Source: Candidatus Cryptobacteroides sp.
GTDB taxonomy: Bacteria; Bacteroidota; Bacteroidia; Bacteroidales; UBA932
Direction: 5' to 3'
Assembly: GCA_045616385.1 (NCBI GenBank)
Contig: JAZLGQ010000003.1
Span: 1,438-65,437, forward strand
Length of the DNA stretch: 64,000 nucleotides
Below the pieces are notes generated by a model. The model was not told where the DNA came from and ran no database searches. It saw nothing but the letters and a program-made list of their open reading frames with translations. The translations under genes and the position numbers were made by a program. The stretch's first letter is position 1; every line of letters starts with the position of its first letter. Positions 63,681 to 64,000 of the stretch are shown here, piece by piece.

Positions 63681-64000
63681 TTGCTATCGCTGCAATCTCT
63701 TTGTTGGTCTCGAAAATGTCTTCGATCGTCGGGTTCGCTGCAAAAGTCATTCCTGCAAGGCATTTTTCATTGATGCGTGCGATGTCGTAGAAGGAAATCA
63801 TATCCTTGAGGTATGCGGCTACGGCGACTTCGTTCGCTGCATTGAGTGCGCAGGGTGCATTCCCTCCGCGTGCGATGGCTTCGTAGGCGAGTCTCAGACA
63901 AGGGAACCTTTCGAGGTCCGGTTCTTCGAAGGTGAGGCTGCCGATGGCGGCGAAATCAAGTTTCCTGTTGCCGACGGTCACGCGTGAAGGGAAACTCAGC
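63664..64000 (-). CDS. dxr: 1-deoxy-D-xylulose-5-phosphate reductoisomerase, C-terminal part (truncated by window edge)
   Basis: LTFEEPDLERFPCLRLAY and LNAANEVAVAAYL; upstream of rseP. Confidence 0.92.
   Translation of the reverse strand, partial: LSFPSRVTVGNRKLDFAAIGSLTFEEPDLERFPCLRLAYEAIARGGNAPCALNAANEVAVAAYLKDMISFYDIARINEKCLAGMTFAANPTIEDIFETNKEIAAIANGYID

Overview
Core-genome window of a moderately GC-rich Bacteroidales bacterium. The assignment rests on Bacteroidota-type TAnnTTTG promoters and the bat operon; a rumen/gut RC9 or Cryptobacteroides-like lineage is my inference. In order it holds: partial exbB-like gene, truA, the MoxR-DUF58-bat operon with fused batD-batE, and a ~17.5 kb minus-strand run mraZ-rsmH-ftsL-ftsI-murE-mraY-murD-ftsW-murG-murC-ftsQ-ftsA-ftsZ-gltX-rpiB-truB. 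Next come an OadA/PycB-like carboxyltransferase, tRNA-His, a GH10 xylanase, radC, miaB, LEA-like and SPOR proteins, rpoN, a Fur-family regulator, trxB-bamD-rpoZ-recN, a periplasmic-binding-fold protein, a GT4, skp and pdxJ. The rest is nadK-uppS-bamA-skp, korAB, gdh, an M3 peptidase, a DASS transporter with a DcaP-like porin, a GH2 beta-galactosidase, tRNA-Pro, rpsT, tRNA-Glu, DUF4837, rseP and partial dxr. I saw no transposase, integrase, prophage or CRISPR array. The most striking observation is a ~190 bp element with long imperfect terminal inverted repeats and internal hairpins, inserted in frame in truB and adding ~63 aa, reminiscent of Rickettsia-type coding palindromic elements. All calls come from reading the sequence; no database searches were run.
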